Program-made: the position numbers and the translations under genes | In this document: positions 1 through 9,573 of the stretch, one piece after another | How the letters are laid out: each line of letters opens with the position of its first letter | How positions within the stretch are numbered: the stretch's first letter is position 1 | The notes under the pieces: generated by a model | Seen by the model: only the letters and a program-made list of their open reading frames with translations | Databases searched by the model: none | Told to the model about the DNA's origin: nothing | Origin: Verrucomicrobiaceae bacterium | GTDB lineage: Bacteria > Verrucomicrobiota > Verrucomicrobiia > Verrucomicrobiales > Akkermansiaceae | DNA: 64,000 nucleotides | Direction: 5' to 3' | Assembly (NCBI GenBank): GCA_051252135.1 | Contig: JBPOGH010000001.1 | Span: 512,001 to 576,000 of the forward strand

Positions 1-515
1 CCGGATTTTAGAAAATCCATCGCCGAAATATTGTGGGGAGACACCCTTCGGTGGGTGCCCACCTGCACCACCCGTCCCGCATCCCGGGCGGCCTTCACCA
101 TCGCCTGACCTTCCCTGATATTGTGCCCGATCGGCTTCTCACAATACACATGGGCCCCGGCCCGAACTGCCGCGATCATATGAAAGGCGTGCCAGTGGTC
201 CGGTGATCCCACAATCACAATTTCAGGCGACTCTTTCTCCAGCATTTCACGAAAATCCTCATACTCTTTCGCCACCGACCCGGTCCACCCTTTCAACTCC
301 TCGTTGACCCTCACCATGGCATGTTGATCCACATCACACACCGCCACCACGGACGAATGGCCCGCTTTCACTGCTTCGCGCAGGATATTGGTTCCCCACC
401 ATCCACACCCGATCAGTGCTGTCCGATATACTTTTCCGCTTTTGATGTCCCCAAGAATGAGAGGGGCCCCCAATGTCCCGGCGACTCCGGAAAGAAAATT
501 TCGGCGTGTTTGCAT
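1..515 (-). CDS. Gfo/Idh/MocA family oxidoreductase with Tat signal peptide (3' end runs off the window)
   Basis: My translation of the minus strand from ATG 515: MQTRRNFLSGVAG (twin-arginine motif), then Rossmann motif ALIGCGWWG, later GSPDHWHA and VYCEKPIG. Absent from the ORF track because it is truncated. Confidence 0.9.
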   Translation of the reverse strand, partial: MQTRRNFLSGVAGTLGAPLILGDIKSGKVYRTALIGCGWWGTNILREAVKAGHSSVVAVCDVDQHAMVRVNEELKGWTGSVAKEYEDFREMLEKESPEIVIVGSPDHWHAFHMIAAVRAGAHVYCEKPIGHNIREGQAMVKAARDAGRVVQVGTHRRVSPHNISAMDFLKS

Positions 516-600
516 TCCTCAATTCTGGGTGTCTATCTTAAGAGGTCAAGCCAGCGGCGGAATACTCGACAAAGCCTTCAAGGAAGGCTAAATATTCTTC

Positions 601-1200
601 ATGCCCACTTTGCGCACTCTTTTGATTCTTCTTTCCCTGATTTTGGTCAGCCATGCCGCTCCAAAAATCGCCACGGTGGACGTTGGAAAAGTCATTGGTT
701 CCTACCACGTCACTGAAAAAGATAGCAAAGAACTTCAGGCCATGCGCGAAGCGCTTAATGAAGACAAACGGGCCATCAAACTCAAAGAGACCCAAGGACG
801 CCTTGAGACGGCGATCAAAGCCTTGCAGGACGCTGTCGCTCAACAAAATGAACAGGAATCCCTACTCTTGGAGGCACAGGCCGCACGAGCCGATTACGAG
901 GACATCTATACCCAATGGCAGAAATGGTACAGTGAAGAGATGAGAAAAATCAATGAAGACTTCGTAAGCCGGTCTCGCGCGACCCTCAACAAAATCGCTG
1001 AAGCCTCACGGACTGTCGGTGACCGGCAGGGCTACGATTGGGTCCTCGACATCAATGGAAGCACCAGCAGTCAGGTTCCGGCTGTTCTCTACGTCAGGGA
1101 TGCCACAGACATCTCTACGGAGGTCCTTGCAATTCTCAACAAAGATGCTCCTGTAACTCAGGATGAGGAAACTTCCGAATCCCCCTCCAATAACAACTGA
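601..1200 (+). CDS. OmpH/Skp family periplasmic chaperone
   Basis: Signal peptide, KIATVD, long coiled coil, then GYDWVLD...VLYVRDATDIS, typical of OmpH. Confidence 0.8.
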   Translation: MPTLRTLLILLSLILVSHAAPKIATVDVGKVIGSYHVTEKDSKELQAMREALNEDKRAIKLKETQGRLETAIKALQDAVAQQNEQESLLLEAQAARADYEDIYTQWQKWYSEEMRKINEDFVSRSRATLNKIAEASRTVGDRQGYDWVLDINGSTSSQVPAVLYVRDATDISTEVLAILNKDAPVTQDEETSESPSNNN

Positions 1201-1211
1201 CTCCCCCATCT

Positions 1212-1733
1212 GTGGACTTTATCCTCGATCTCTTAAAAGCCCCCTTCGTCTGGGGTCTGCTCCTCGGCCTTCTTATTGCCTTCTTCACCTGGAAATCCGG
1301 ATTCTCGTCCCGGCGGGTTCTCAGAAAAGAAGTCGAAAGGATCCAATCCGAAAGCCAGGAATTGCAAAGACATCTGAATACCCACCTCAAGGTCCAAGCC
1401 GAGGGAACCGGGTCCCTTCAGGAACAACTCGACGAACTCCGTAAACAAAACGAAAATCTGCGCGTAAACATCGCCTCTCTCCAGCAAAAGCCCGGAAGAG
1501 CGGAGCTCCGGCATCTTCAGATCATGGAGAACGCTGTGGGTCTTATGCGGGAACAGGCTCCCGGATTCGCCCAGGCATGGGAGGCTGCCGTCCGTCAGGC
1601 CGAACATGATCACGCCGAAGGTGAAGGTGGCCTTAAAAAACTTGTTCGCCGTGTTCTTCCAGCGATCAGCACCTCCGCACATCCTCCGGTGGAAATCAAC
1701 GAGGAAGAAAAGGAGAAGGCCAAAGACGCTTAA
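1212..1733 (+). CDS. Hypothetical membrane-anchored coiled-coil protein
   Basis: GTG start 11 nt after ompH; N-terminal TM helix then heptad-rich segment. Confidence 0.75.
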   Translation: MDFILDLLKAPFVWGLLLGLLIAFFTWKSGFSSRRVLRKEVERIQSESQELQRHLNTHLKVQAEGTGSLQEQLDELRKQNENLRVNIASLQQKPGRAELRHLQIMENAVGLMREQAPGFAQAWEAAVRQAEHDHAEGEGGLKKLVRRVLPAISTSAHPPVEINEEEKEKAKDA

Positions 1734-1783
1734 GATTTCTTTCCGTGCCGCCCCCGTAATGGGGATCGTGGCAATCCGATCAC

Positions 1784-1815
1784 AAAAAAAGGAGTGATTT
1801 GCATCACTCCTTTTT
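1784..1815. terminator. Bidirectional intrinsic terminator
   Basis: A7-GGAGTGAT-TTGC-ATCACTCC-T5 between convergent genes. Confidence 0.85.
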
Positions 1816-1842
1816 CGTCGAAATTTCGCTATTGCTTCGCCT

Positions 1843-3015
1843 CTAGTGCGCGCGGCAGAACTCCTCAAAACGGGTAATCCCCTCGTTCAACACGTCGAGC
1901 GTCGTGCAGTAGCTGAGACGGACAGCCGAGTCGTGTCCAAAGGCGACACCGGGAACAGCTGCCACTTTGTAGCGGGTCAGGAGTTTGTCACAAAGATTTC
2001 CGGAACGCAGCCCCAGATCCGTGCAATTGACGAAGAAGTAAAAGGCTCCCCGAGGCTCCACCACACTCACGTTGGGAATCGCCTTAAGACGTCCCAACAT
2101 GAACTGACGGCGCACATCATATTCCCCGCGAAGGTTTTCGATGAACTCCGCAGACTCGGGAGCCTGGAGCGCTGCCAATGCTCCATATTGGGCAAAGGTC
2201 GTGGCGTTTGAAGTAGTGTGACTCTGAATCTTGATCAGCGCCTCGGCGATCGGAAGTGGGGCGGCAGTGTAACCGATCCGCCATCCCGTCATCGAGTGGG
2301 ACTTGGAGAACCCATTCACCGTGATCGTCAAATTGTAGGCGTCCTCATTGACCGAAGCGACACTCACGTGCTCGGCCTCACCGTAGACGAGATGCTCGTA
2401 AATTTCGTCAGCAAGAATGATGATATCCTCGTAGGAGGCGACTTCCACCAAGGCTTCAATCTCTTCCCGGCGGTAAACCGAACCGGTCGGGTTTCCCGGT
2501 GTATTGAGAATGATCATCTTCGTCCGGGGAGACATCGCCTCCTCAAACTCCTCGGCAGTTAGCTTCCACTTGTTGCTTTCCTTCGTCTCAACAATGACGG
2601 GAATCCCTCCGGCCATCTTCACCATCTCCGGATAACTTACCCAGTATGGAGCGGGAATGATGACCTCATCACCTTCCTCTACCACTGCAAGAATCGCATT
2701 GTAACAAGCCTGCTTCGCACCGCTGGTCACACAAATTTGCTTGGGTTCGTAATCGACCTTATTCTGCTGCTTCAGCTTATCTGAAATCGCCTCGCGCAGC
2801 TCGGGAATTCCCGCGGCAGGCGTATACTTGGTCTTCCCTTCGGAAAGCGCTGCAAATGCAGCTTGCTTGATGAAATCCGGGGTATCGACATCGGGCTCGC
2901 CTCCTGCGAGACCGTACACTTCTTCACCGGCGGCGCGAAGTGCTTTCGTTTGATTGGTAACGGAGAGGGTCAGAGACGGACTGACGGACTGAATGCGACT
3001 TGAGAGACTTTCCAT
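1843..3015 (-). CDS. PLP-dependent class I/II aminotransferase (aspartate aminotransferase-like)
   Basis: GEPD, NTPGNPTG, DEIY, SKSHSMTGWRIG (PLP lysine). Start set at MESLSSRI (ATG 3015), not 3123. Confidence 0.92.
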   Translation of the reverse strand: MESLSSRIQSVSPSLTLSVTNQTKALRAAGEEVYGLAGGEPDVDTPDFIKQAAFAALSEGKTKYTPAAGIPELREAISDKLKQQNKVDYEPKQICVTSGAKQACYNAILAVVEEGDEVIIPAPYWVSYPEMVKMAGGIPVIVETKESNKWKLTAEEFEEAMSPRTKMIILNTPGNPTGSVYRREEIEALVEVASYEDIIILADEIYEHLVYGEAEHVSVASVNEDAYNLTITVNGFSKSHSMTGWRIGYTAAPLPIAEALIKIQSHTTSNATTFAQYGALAALQAPESAEFIENLRGEYDVRRQFMLGRLKAIPNVSVVEPRGAFYFFVNCTDLGLRSGNLCDKLLTRYKVAAVPGVAFGHDSAVRLSYCTTLDVLNEGITRFEEFCRAH

Positions 3016-3158
3016 GGAATCGTAATAGTGAGCGCCCGAAACCGGGACAAAGACGACGATGGAGCCAAGCGGCAGACTTCCCCCCGGGGAGCGGGTTTTT
3101 TCTGCACCTGACTGCCGCTCCATGCAAGAGAAATGCGGTCGGATGTTGCGAATTTCTC

Positions 3159-3989
3159 TCAGCTTGAAGCGTCAAAACTCGCCGTAACCCACTTCCCCCG
3201 CTTCCTGAATTCCAGCAACTCAAATCCGCATGATTTGGCCTTTTCCTCCACGTCCGGCCACTGTTCCGCAAGAATCCCCGATAAAATCAAACGCCCCGAT
3301 GGCAAAATCCATCCCGCAATCAAGGGAAGCGCCTCCAAAAGAACCGTGGAAAAAAGATTGGCCGCCACCACCTCAAAACGCTCCGCATTCGTCCACTCAA
3401 AAACATCCGCCTCAAAGATATTAAGGCCGGATACCCCGTTCCGCTCCGCGTTGTGCTGCGCCACCTCGACCGCCTTGGCGTCATAATCGAATGCCTCCAC
3501 CTTCCCGGCACCAAGAAACTTTGCAGCCAGAGCCAACACTCCGCTTCCCGTTCCCAGATCCAGAAACGTCCAGCCCTCCTTCCGGCGGCGTGCCGAATCC
3601 ACTAGAAACCTCAGGCAGGTGGACGTCGTGGGATGATCGCCCGTTCCAAACGCCATCTCCGCAGGGATCGTGATCACATCGCGATCCGGAAACTGCGCCA
3701 CCACACTCTCACGATCCTCAATTGGTGAAATCACCAGACGGTCCCGGATCACGATCGGCGAAGTGTTCGCCGGCCCCAAAGCGGCCCAATTCTGACTCTT
3801 CAGCTCCCTGACACTCCCACCAAACTGCTTCTTGATCTCCAATCCGCCAGCCTCGGTCTCGCAATAGACCTCCACCCGCACAGACTTCCCTCCTTTGATC
3901 TCCGTAATCACCGTGTTGGGGTTACCATGAAAACGCTCCTCCCAGGCATCACTCCACTGAATTCCCGAAAGTTTCGACCACACCCACAT
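3159..3989 (-). CDS. prmA: 50S ribosomal protein L11 methyltransferase
   Basis: MAFGTGDHPTT, LDLGTGSGVLA, ANL, LILSGIL. Confidence 0.92.
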   Translation of the reverse strand: MWVWSKLSGIQWSDAWEERFHGNPNTVITEIKGGKSVRVEVYCETEAGGLEIKKQFGGSVRELKSQNWAALGPANTSPIVIRDRLVISPIEDRESVVAQFPDRDVITIPAEMAFGTGDHPTTSTCLRFLVDSARRRKEGWTFLDLGTGSGVLALAAKFLGAGKVEAFDYDAKAVEVAQHNAERNGVSGLNIFEADVFEWTNAERFEVVAANLFSTVLLEALPLIAGWILPSGRLILSGILAEQWPDVEEKAKSCGFELLEFRKRGKWVTASFDASS

Positions 3990-4019
3990 TCCTCGTAAGT
4001 ATCAGGCCACCACCCCAGA

Positions 4020-4517
4020 TCAAGTCTGGACAATCTCATGGGGGAATACAGGAGGCGTGAGCGAACACTTCTCCATGTAATCCGCCCAATGCTCCAGTTT
4101 CCAGGCATCCCGCGGGTTCGCCCTCACCCTGATCCGCTCTTTCCTCACCTCTTCCGGACAGGTCACAAAATACACCTCAACCTCACATCCGAATCGCTCG
4201 CTTAATCCCTTCTTCCAATTGGGGTTCGCAATCTCCCGCGTAAACGGTCCCACCATCACCACCGGGAGATGGGGCAGATTCTCCTCCGCCACCCGGTAGA
4301 GACACTCATAAACAGCGTCCCGAAACGCCTGAACATACTCCGGAGAATCCCGGTCTTTCGGATCCCACCCCGCAGCCTTCATCCCCGCACAGACTACCTC
4401 CTCGGTCACCGTGTCACTATCCAAAAAACAAGCCCTCAACTCAGATGCCACCCTCCGTCCGTAAGTACTTTTCCCCACTCCGGCCGCTCCGCAAATCACC
4501 TTGAGCCTGTTCATCAA
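4020..4517 (-). CDS. Small P-loop kinase / AAA_33-like ATPase
   Basis: Walker A GAAGVGKST; overlaps the upstream gene's stop. Confidence 0.8.
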   Translation of the reverse strand: MMNRLKVICGAAGVGKSTYGRRVASELRACFLDSDTVTEEVVCAGMKAAGWDPKDRDSPEYVQAFRDAVYECLYRVAEENLPHLPVVMVGPFTREIANPNWKKGLSERFGCEVEVYFVTCPEEVRKERIRVRANPRDAWKLEHWADYMEKCSLTPPVFPHEIVQT

Positions 4518-5626
4518 TACTCTGATTTCTTCGGGTCCACTTCCTTGCTCAAAAAACGATCAATCGTCTCCCGTGCATGTTTTTTTCCCTCTTCGGCATC
4601 AAAACCTTCCTCCCGAACCTTTCCGGCATATCCAAAATGAAGCTGATAGAGCTTCTTCCCGTCCACCTCACCCTTGAGCGTAAAGGATTCGCGCGTCCGA
4701 AACACCTCCGCCCACTTTTGGCGCACTTCCGCCCAATAGGGTCCCTCTTTCTCCCAATTTTCTCCAGCCGCCGCCAGACTCGGGCCGGATATTCTCTCAT
4801 ATCGATTCACGCCCAACTCCTGCCCCACCACCGATAGCGCTCCCTTTTCCCCAACCATAAGCTTCCTGTTCTTCTGCACATGCACCCACCCATTCGCGGT
4901 GATCGTGATTTCATGCTCACCCGATAACACATTGTAGTCATCCCTTACCGAGAACTCCCGACGCGGCAACGGACGCCAGCTCTCACCACTTTTCCACGTC
5001 GACATCCCCCCGCGGTGGGACCAGCGCCCCACCACTTCATATCGGGGGGAATCATCCACCTGAAACACCGCCTGTGTCCAAGCCCCTTTCACCCGGGGAT
5101 GGGTCTTTTTCTTCCAGGTCTGGCGACCGGCATAAACGTGTAAATCCGCATCCTCATAACGCCAATCCTGTCGCCAGTGTTTCATCACCATCGGCCCCTC
5201 AATCGTCCCGTCCTGACCTTTAAAATACATCACCAAGGTGTGCTGTAGGGACACAAACCCGGGCTCATTCGCCAGCACCGCCACCCGCTCCGTCCCCCAC
5301 GAAAAATACGGCTTGGGAGGCTTATATCCCTTGGCAAACCCCATCGTCTCCACAAAGTCAAAACTCACCCGATAATCCCCTGCCATCGCCAGGATCGCCC
5401 TCCGGTCCCGTTCCTTTTTCTCCAACCCCTTCTCACGCAGAGCGGTCCATTCCTTCGATGGCTCCTCATCCAGAGTCACCTCCAACCCCTTGGTCATTCC
5501 TCCTTGCGGCTGCATCTCGGCTGCTTCCATAAAGGGCCACGCAAACACGTGCCCCCGCACCGGAGCTTCCTCGGCTACCACAACCCCCACCAACAACAAA
5601 AACGAGGCGATCAATTTCATCCCCAT
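4514..5626 (-). CDS. Secreted DUF6607-like protein
   Basis: Signal peptide; DRRAILAMAGDYRVSFDF, MKHWRQDW, QVDDSPRY, WRPLPRRE motifs recalled from this family. Confidence 0.75.
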   Translation of the reverse strand: MGMKLIASFLLLVGVVVAEEAPVRGHVFAWPFMEAAEMQPQGGMTKGLEVTLDEEPSKEWTALREKGLEKKERDRRAILAMAGDYRVSFDFVETMGFAKGYKPPKPYFSWGTERVAVLANEPGFVSLQHTLVMYFKGQDGTIEGPMVMKHWRQDWRYEDADLHVYAGRQTWKKKTHPRVKGAWTQAVFQVDDSPRYEVVGRWSHRGGMSTWKSGESWRPLPRREFSVRDDYNVLSGEHEITITANGWVHVQKNRKLMVGEKGALSVVGQELGVNRYERISGPSLAAAGENWEKEGPYWAEVRQKWAEVFRTRESFTLKGEVDGKKLYQLHFGYAGKVREEGFDAEEGKKHARETIDRFLSKEVDPKKSEY

Positions 5627-5630
5627 ACTC

Positions 5631-6518
5631 TTACCCTTTTTTCGGTGAGTTCAACACCTTCTCCATCCAGGCCAGCACCTTCTTGACCCCCTCGTCCTTC
5701 TTCATTCTCAACGCTCCGTTGTGCCCCCCTTCTTCAATCTCCAAAAGTGTCTTGGGCTCCCTCGCCTTTTGAAACAATTCCCTCGCCTGCTCCACCGGCA
5801 CCACGGCATCGACCTGACCGTGAACCAGCAACAGCGGGACCGGACTCAACTTTGCAACATAATCCCGCGGGGCCAATTCATCACTCACCATCCGACCTCC
5901 AAATTCTCCTCCCACCTTCGTCGCCATCTCCTTGTAGGAGCTGAATCCCGCAAAACTGATTACCCCCCGAACTCCCTCCACCGCCTTCTCGCCCAACGCC
6001 GCAATCGACTTCGCCCCGCCCAGACTGTGACCAAAGGAAATCAAGCGCCCCGGATCCACATCGGACCGCGTCTTTACATAGGCAAATGCCGCCCGCACAT
6101 CCTGCACAATCCCCTTGCGATCCACCTCCCCCTCCGATTTTCCATAACCCCGATAGTCGTAAAGCAGAACATTGTATCCCCCATTGATGGCCCACGTGAT
6201 AAATCCCAGATGATACCCTACCGCCCCCGCGTTCCCATGGGAAAACACCACCGTCCCCTTCGCTTTCTTCATTCCATGGGCAGGCAAAAACCAACCATGC
6301 AGCTTGGTTCCATCCTCGCTCTTGAAAGTCACCTCCTCATACTTGTATCCAAACTCCCCCGGCTCGTAGAGCCCCTTCTCGGTCGGGTAATAGAAAAAAC
6401 GATTCCCCCCGTTTTCCCCCAACAGCCTCTCCGCAAGCGCTGCTGATTTCTCCGCAAGATCAGCCTGCAGCACCATCACCGGGCACAGCAGGACCAAAGC
6501 CATTCTCAATATCGCCAT
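5631..6518 (-). CDS. Alpha/beta hydrolase
   Basis: HGNAG, DYRGYG, nucleophile GHSLG, HGQVD, GGHN. Confidence 0.9.
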   Translation of the reverse strand: MAILRMALVLLCPVMVLQADLAEKSAALAERLLGENGGNRFFYYPTEKGLYEPGEFGYKYEEVTFKSEDGTKLHGWFLPAHGMKKAKGTVVFSHGNAGAVGYHLGFITWAINGGYNVLLYDYRGYGKSEGEVDRKGIVQDVRAAFAYVKTRSDVDPGRLISFGHSLGGAKSIAALGEKAVEGVRGVISFAGFSSYKEMATKVGGEFGGRMVSDELAPRDYVAKLSPVPLLLVHGQVDAVVPVEQARELFQKAREPKTLLEIEEGGHNGALRMKKDEGVKKVLAWMEKVLNSPKKG

Positions 6519-6535
6519 ATCTCTTTAACGGTTGC

Positions 6536-7504
6536 TTAGAACAAAAACTTCACCCCCCAGGAAAGCCACAGCGGCATCGTCACCAAGGCCGCGATCGATG
6601 TCGCCATCACCACCTGCACCGCCACCCCCGGACTCCCCCCATAATGTCGAGCCACAATGATCGGCGTAACCGCTGCCGGCATACACGCCTGCACCAGCAG
6701 CACCTGCTTCAGCGCCACCGCAATCGGAAGCCATTTGGCGGCCGAAAGGATCACCAATGGCATGATCACCAACCTCACCAGCAACCCGCCCCCGCTCACC
6801 CGCATCGACAATTTTTCCTTCCCCACCAAATCATACATCATCGCCCCGATCAGCATCAGCCCGATAGGAAACGCACATCCCCCCAACCAATGCATCGCCT
6901 GCCGAATGATCAGCCCCAGCATCCCTCCCTCTTCCGGGTCAAAAAATCGCCACCCTCCCGTCCACGATAATCCAATGCCCAGCACCACCGCCACAATCGG
7001 TCCGTTCAGCAATTGCCTCGGGCTTCGAATAAACTTCCCCGTCATCACCATGATTCCCACACACCACATCGCAATCTCCACTCCCAGACTGTGGACAAAA
7101 AGCACCCCAAGCACCTCGTCATTTCCTTCAATCACAAAGAGTGACGCCAGAATCGGAATCGCCGTATATCCGTAGTTCTGAATCCCTCCCGCAAAAGTAA
7201 ACGTCCTCTTCCCCCCACCCGGCTTCAATCCCAATCCCGCCCCCACAAAATACGACACAATCATCCCCGCAATCACCAATCCAAATCCAAGCCCCACCCC
7301 CCAGCCAATCACATCGGCCTGACGCACCAAATCATTCCCCAATGTCTTGTCGAGAATCAGGCAGGGATACAGGCAATGGATCACCAGCTGCAACATCCCC
7401 TTCTCCATCTCCTGGGTCACCACTCTCGTCCTCCGAAGCAACAGACCCACTCCCACCAAAAGGTAGACCGGTAGCACAGCCAGCATAACGACGGAAAAAC
7501 TCAC
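6536..7504 (-). CDS. AEC (auxin efflux carrier) family transporter
   Basis: Multiple TM helices; NYGYTAIP and MPAAV motifs. Confidence 0.88.
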   Translation of the reverse strand: MSFSVVMLAVLPVYLLVGVGLLLRRTRVVTQEMEKGMLQLVIHCLYPCLILDKTLGNDLVRQADVIGWGVGLGFGLVIAGMIVSYFVGAGLGLKPGGGKRTFTFAGGIQNYGYTAIPILASLFVIEGNDEVLGVLFVHSLGVEIAMWCVGIMVMTGKFIRSPRQLLNGPIVAVVLGIGLSWTGGWRFFDPEEGGMLGLIIRQAMHWLGGCAFPIGLMLIGAMMYDLVGKEKLSMRVSGGGLLVRLVIMPLVILSAAKWLPIAVALKQVLLVQACMPAAVTPIIVARHYGGSPGVAVQVVMATSIAALVTMPLWLSWGVKFLF

Positions 7505-7596
7505 CCCCCCTGTGTGCCTTCTCCTTACAAAATCAGCAAGACCACACTCAACATCCTTGCCTTGAAGGAATCATCGTGTGAGTCTCCCGCCGTTCC

Positions 7597-7669
<73 letters not shown>

Positions 7670-7686
7670 CCCCACCCTTCCTCCAA

Positions 7687-8547
7687 TCAATCGGGGAAGA
7701 CAATCGCCCGCTGCTCATCGATGATCGTCCGGTCATGCACATGATAGCGAATCCCTTTCGCCAGCGCCGTCCGTTCACAGTCGCGACCCAGCCGGACCAA
7801 ATCGTTCACGGAATGGTGATGCATCACCGAGTCCACTTCCTGCTCAATGATCGGACCCGCATCGAGCTCGGGAGTCACGTAGTGACAAGTCGCCCCAATG
7901 AGCTTCACCCCACGTTCGTAAGCCTGACGATAGGGATTCGCCCCGATGAATGCCGGGAGAAAGCTGTGGTGAATATTGATCATATTCCCCTCATACTTCT
8001 GGCACATCCAGTTCGGCATAATTTGCATGAATCGCGCCAGCACCACCAGCTCCACGTCCTGCTCTTCCAAAAGCCTGTCGACCTCTTGAAAACCAGCCTC
8101 CTTGTCGGTCTTCATATCCACAAAATGAAAAGGAATCCCCGCATTCTCCGCACTCTCGCGACAATCTTCCCGGTTCCCGATGATTGAGGTCACCTCGATC
8201 GGCATCTCTCCCAGCTTCGTCCGCCACAGAATGTCATTCAGACAATGGTCCGTCCGGGTCACCAGCACGGCCGTGCGCATCTTGTAGGGCAACCGGCGGA
8301 AGTGCCAATTCGCTTCAAGCGACTTCCCCAATACCTCAAATCCGGTCACAAAATCATCCACCGATACCTGCAATCGCGTCGTATCGATCTCCAGCCGCGC
8401 AAAGAACTTCCCCCGGTCCCGATCCGTAAATTGGTTCAATTCGATCAAGTTGGCATCGTACTCGGAAGTATACCGCGCAATCTTGGCCACCAGCCCGGGC
8501 TTATCCGGACAAGAGAGTTTGAGAATGAGACCTTCGTTCATGCGCAT
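7687..8547 (-). CDS. purU: Formyltetrahydrofolate deformylase
   Basis: N-terminal ACT (SCPDKPGLVA), LARFMQI, INIHHSFLPAFIGANPY, GVKLIGATCHYVT. Confidence 0.95.
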   Translation of the reverse strand: MRMNEGLILKLSCPDKPGLVAKIARYTSEYDANLIELNQFTDRDRGKFFARLEIDTTRLQVSVDDFVTGFEVLGKSLEANWHFRRLPYKMRTAVLVTRTDHCLNDILWRTKLGEMPIEVTSIIGNREDCRESAENAGIPFHFVDMKTDKEAGFQEVDRLLEEQDVELVVLARFMQIMPNWMCQKYEGNMINIHHSFLPAFIGANPYRQAYERGVKLIGATCHYVTPELDAGPIIEQEVDSVMHHHSVNDLVRLGRDCERTALAKGIRYHVHDRTIIDEQRAIVFPD

Positions 8548-8580
8548 GCCTTTGCCTTAGTTATCCCCATTATTCAAGCC

Positions 8581-9477
8581 TCACGATCCCAGCCTCGCTG
8601 CGTGAGCTTGCGCCGTTTCCAGAAACCGGCTCACCAAAGCCTTGGCCTGCCCCTGATAAAGCGCGCCAATCACCAGAGGCGGAAAGTCTGCTAGCGGTAT
8701 CGCCTTCATTCCGGCCGGCAGCTTCACCCCCGGAATCGAAAGCCCCAAACCAACCCCAAACCCCCTCACCACATAATCCCGAATCACCTCCATCGAATTC
8801 ACCTCCACACTCGTGGACCACGAAATCTTACGGCGATCAAATTCATTTTGAAAGAGCTGCTGCAGCACCTCGTGCGCCGGCAGTCCGATCAAAGGATCAC
8901 ACCCCACCAACCTCTTCGGATTATACGGATCCTCCTTCAACAGGTCATTGAGAGTCTTGGCCTTCGATTTCTTCGGAACCAATAGCACCACTGGAATCTC
9001 AACAAGAGGGAGCGCCCTCAACCCATCCGCCAATTTTCCCGCCAGCACACTCACCGCCACATCGACCTGCTGGGTTGTCAGCAAATGATACACGTTGGAA
9101 GGATCCACTTCCTTGAGCGACAGCCGCAAATTGGGTTCCTCTTTTTTCAAAGACTCCAACACATCGGGCAAATGATTCCTTAAGGTCGACGCCGACGCCG
9201 CCAACCTCAGATGCCGGCTCTCCTCCCCTCTCAAGCGCTCTTCCACGTCATCGAGTCTCGAGAAAAAGGGATAACAAAAATCATAAAGCTCCTCCCCTGC
9301 GGGAGTGAGGGCAAAAGGCCTCCTGTTAAAAAGCTTCACCCCAAGCTTCTCCTCAAGCTGAAGCAACTGGCCACTCACTGCAGGCTGCTGAATCCCATAG
9401 GGCATCTTGCGCACCGCTGCCGTGATCCCCTCATACTTTGCCACAAAATAGAAAAGCTCCAGATGATGAATGTTCAT
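8581..9477 (-). CDS. LysR family transcriptional regulator
   Basis: N-terminal HTH QPAVSGQLLQLEEKLGVKLF..LTPAG plus substrate-binding domain. Confidence 0.92.
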   Translation of the reverse strand: MNIHHLELFYFVAKYEGITAAVRKMPYGIQQPAVSGQLLQLEEKLGVKLFNRRPFALTPAGEELYDFCYPFFSRLDDVEERLRGEESRHLRLAASASTLRNHLPDVLESLKKEEPNLRLSLKEVDPSNVYHLLTTQQVDVAVSVLAGKLADGLRALPLVEIPVVLLVPKKSKAKTLNDLLKEDPYNPKRLVGCDPLIGLPAHEVLQQLFQNEFDRRKISWSTSVEVNSMEVIRDYVVRGFGVGLGLSIPGVKLPAGMKAIPLADFPPLVIGALYQGQAKALVSRFLETAQAHAARLGS

Positions 9478-9573
9478 GGCTTCAATCTTACCCCGTCAAA
9501 TCATCGACTCAATCAATAGTTTCACCCTCCCTTTCAATGCGACAGCTCTCAACGATTTCGCTATCGTTCAGAG

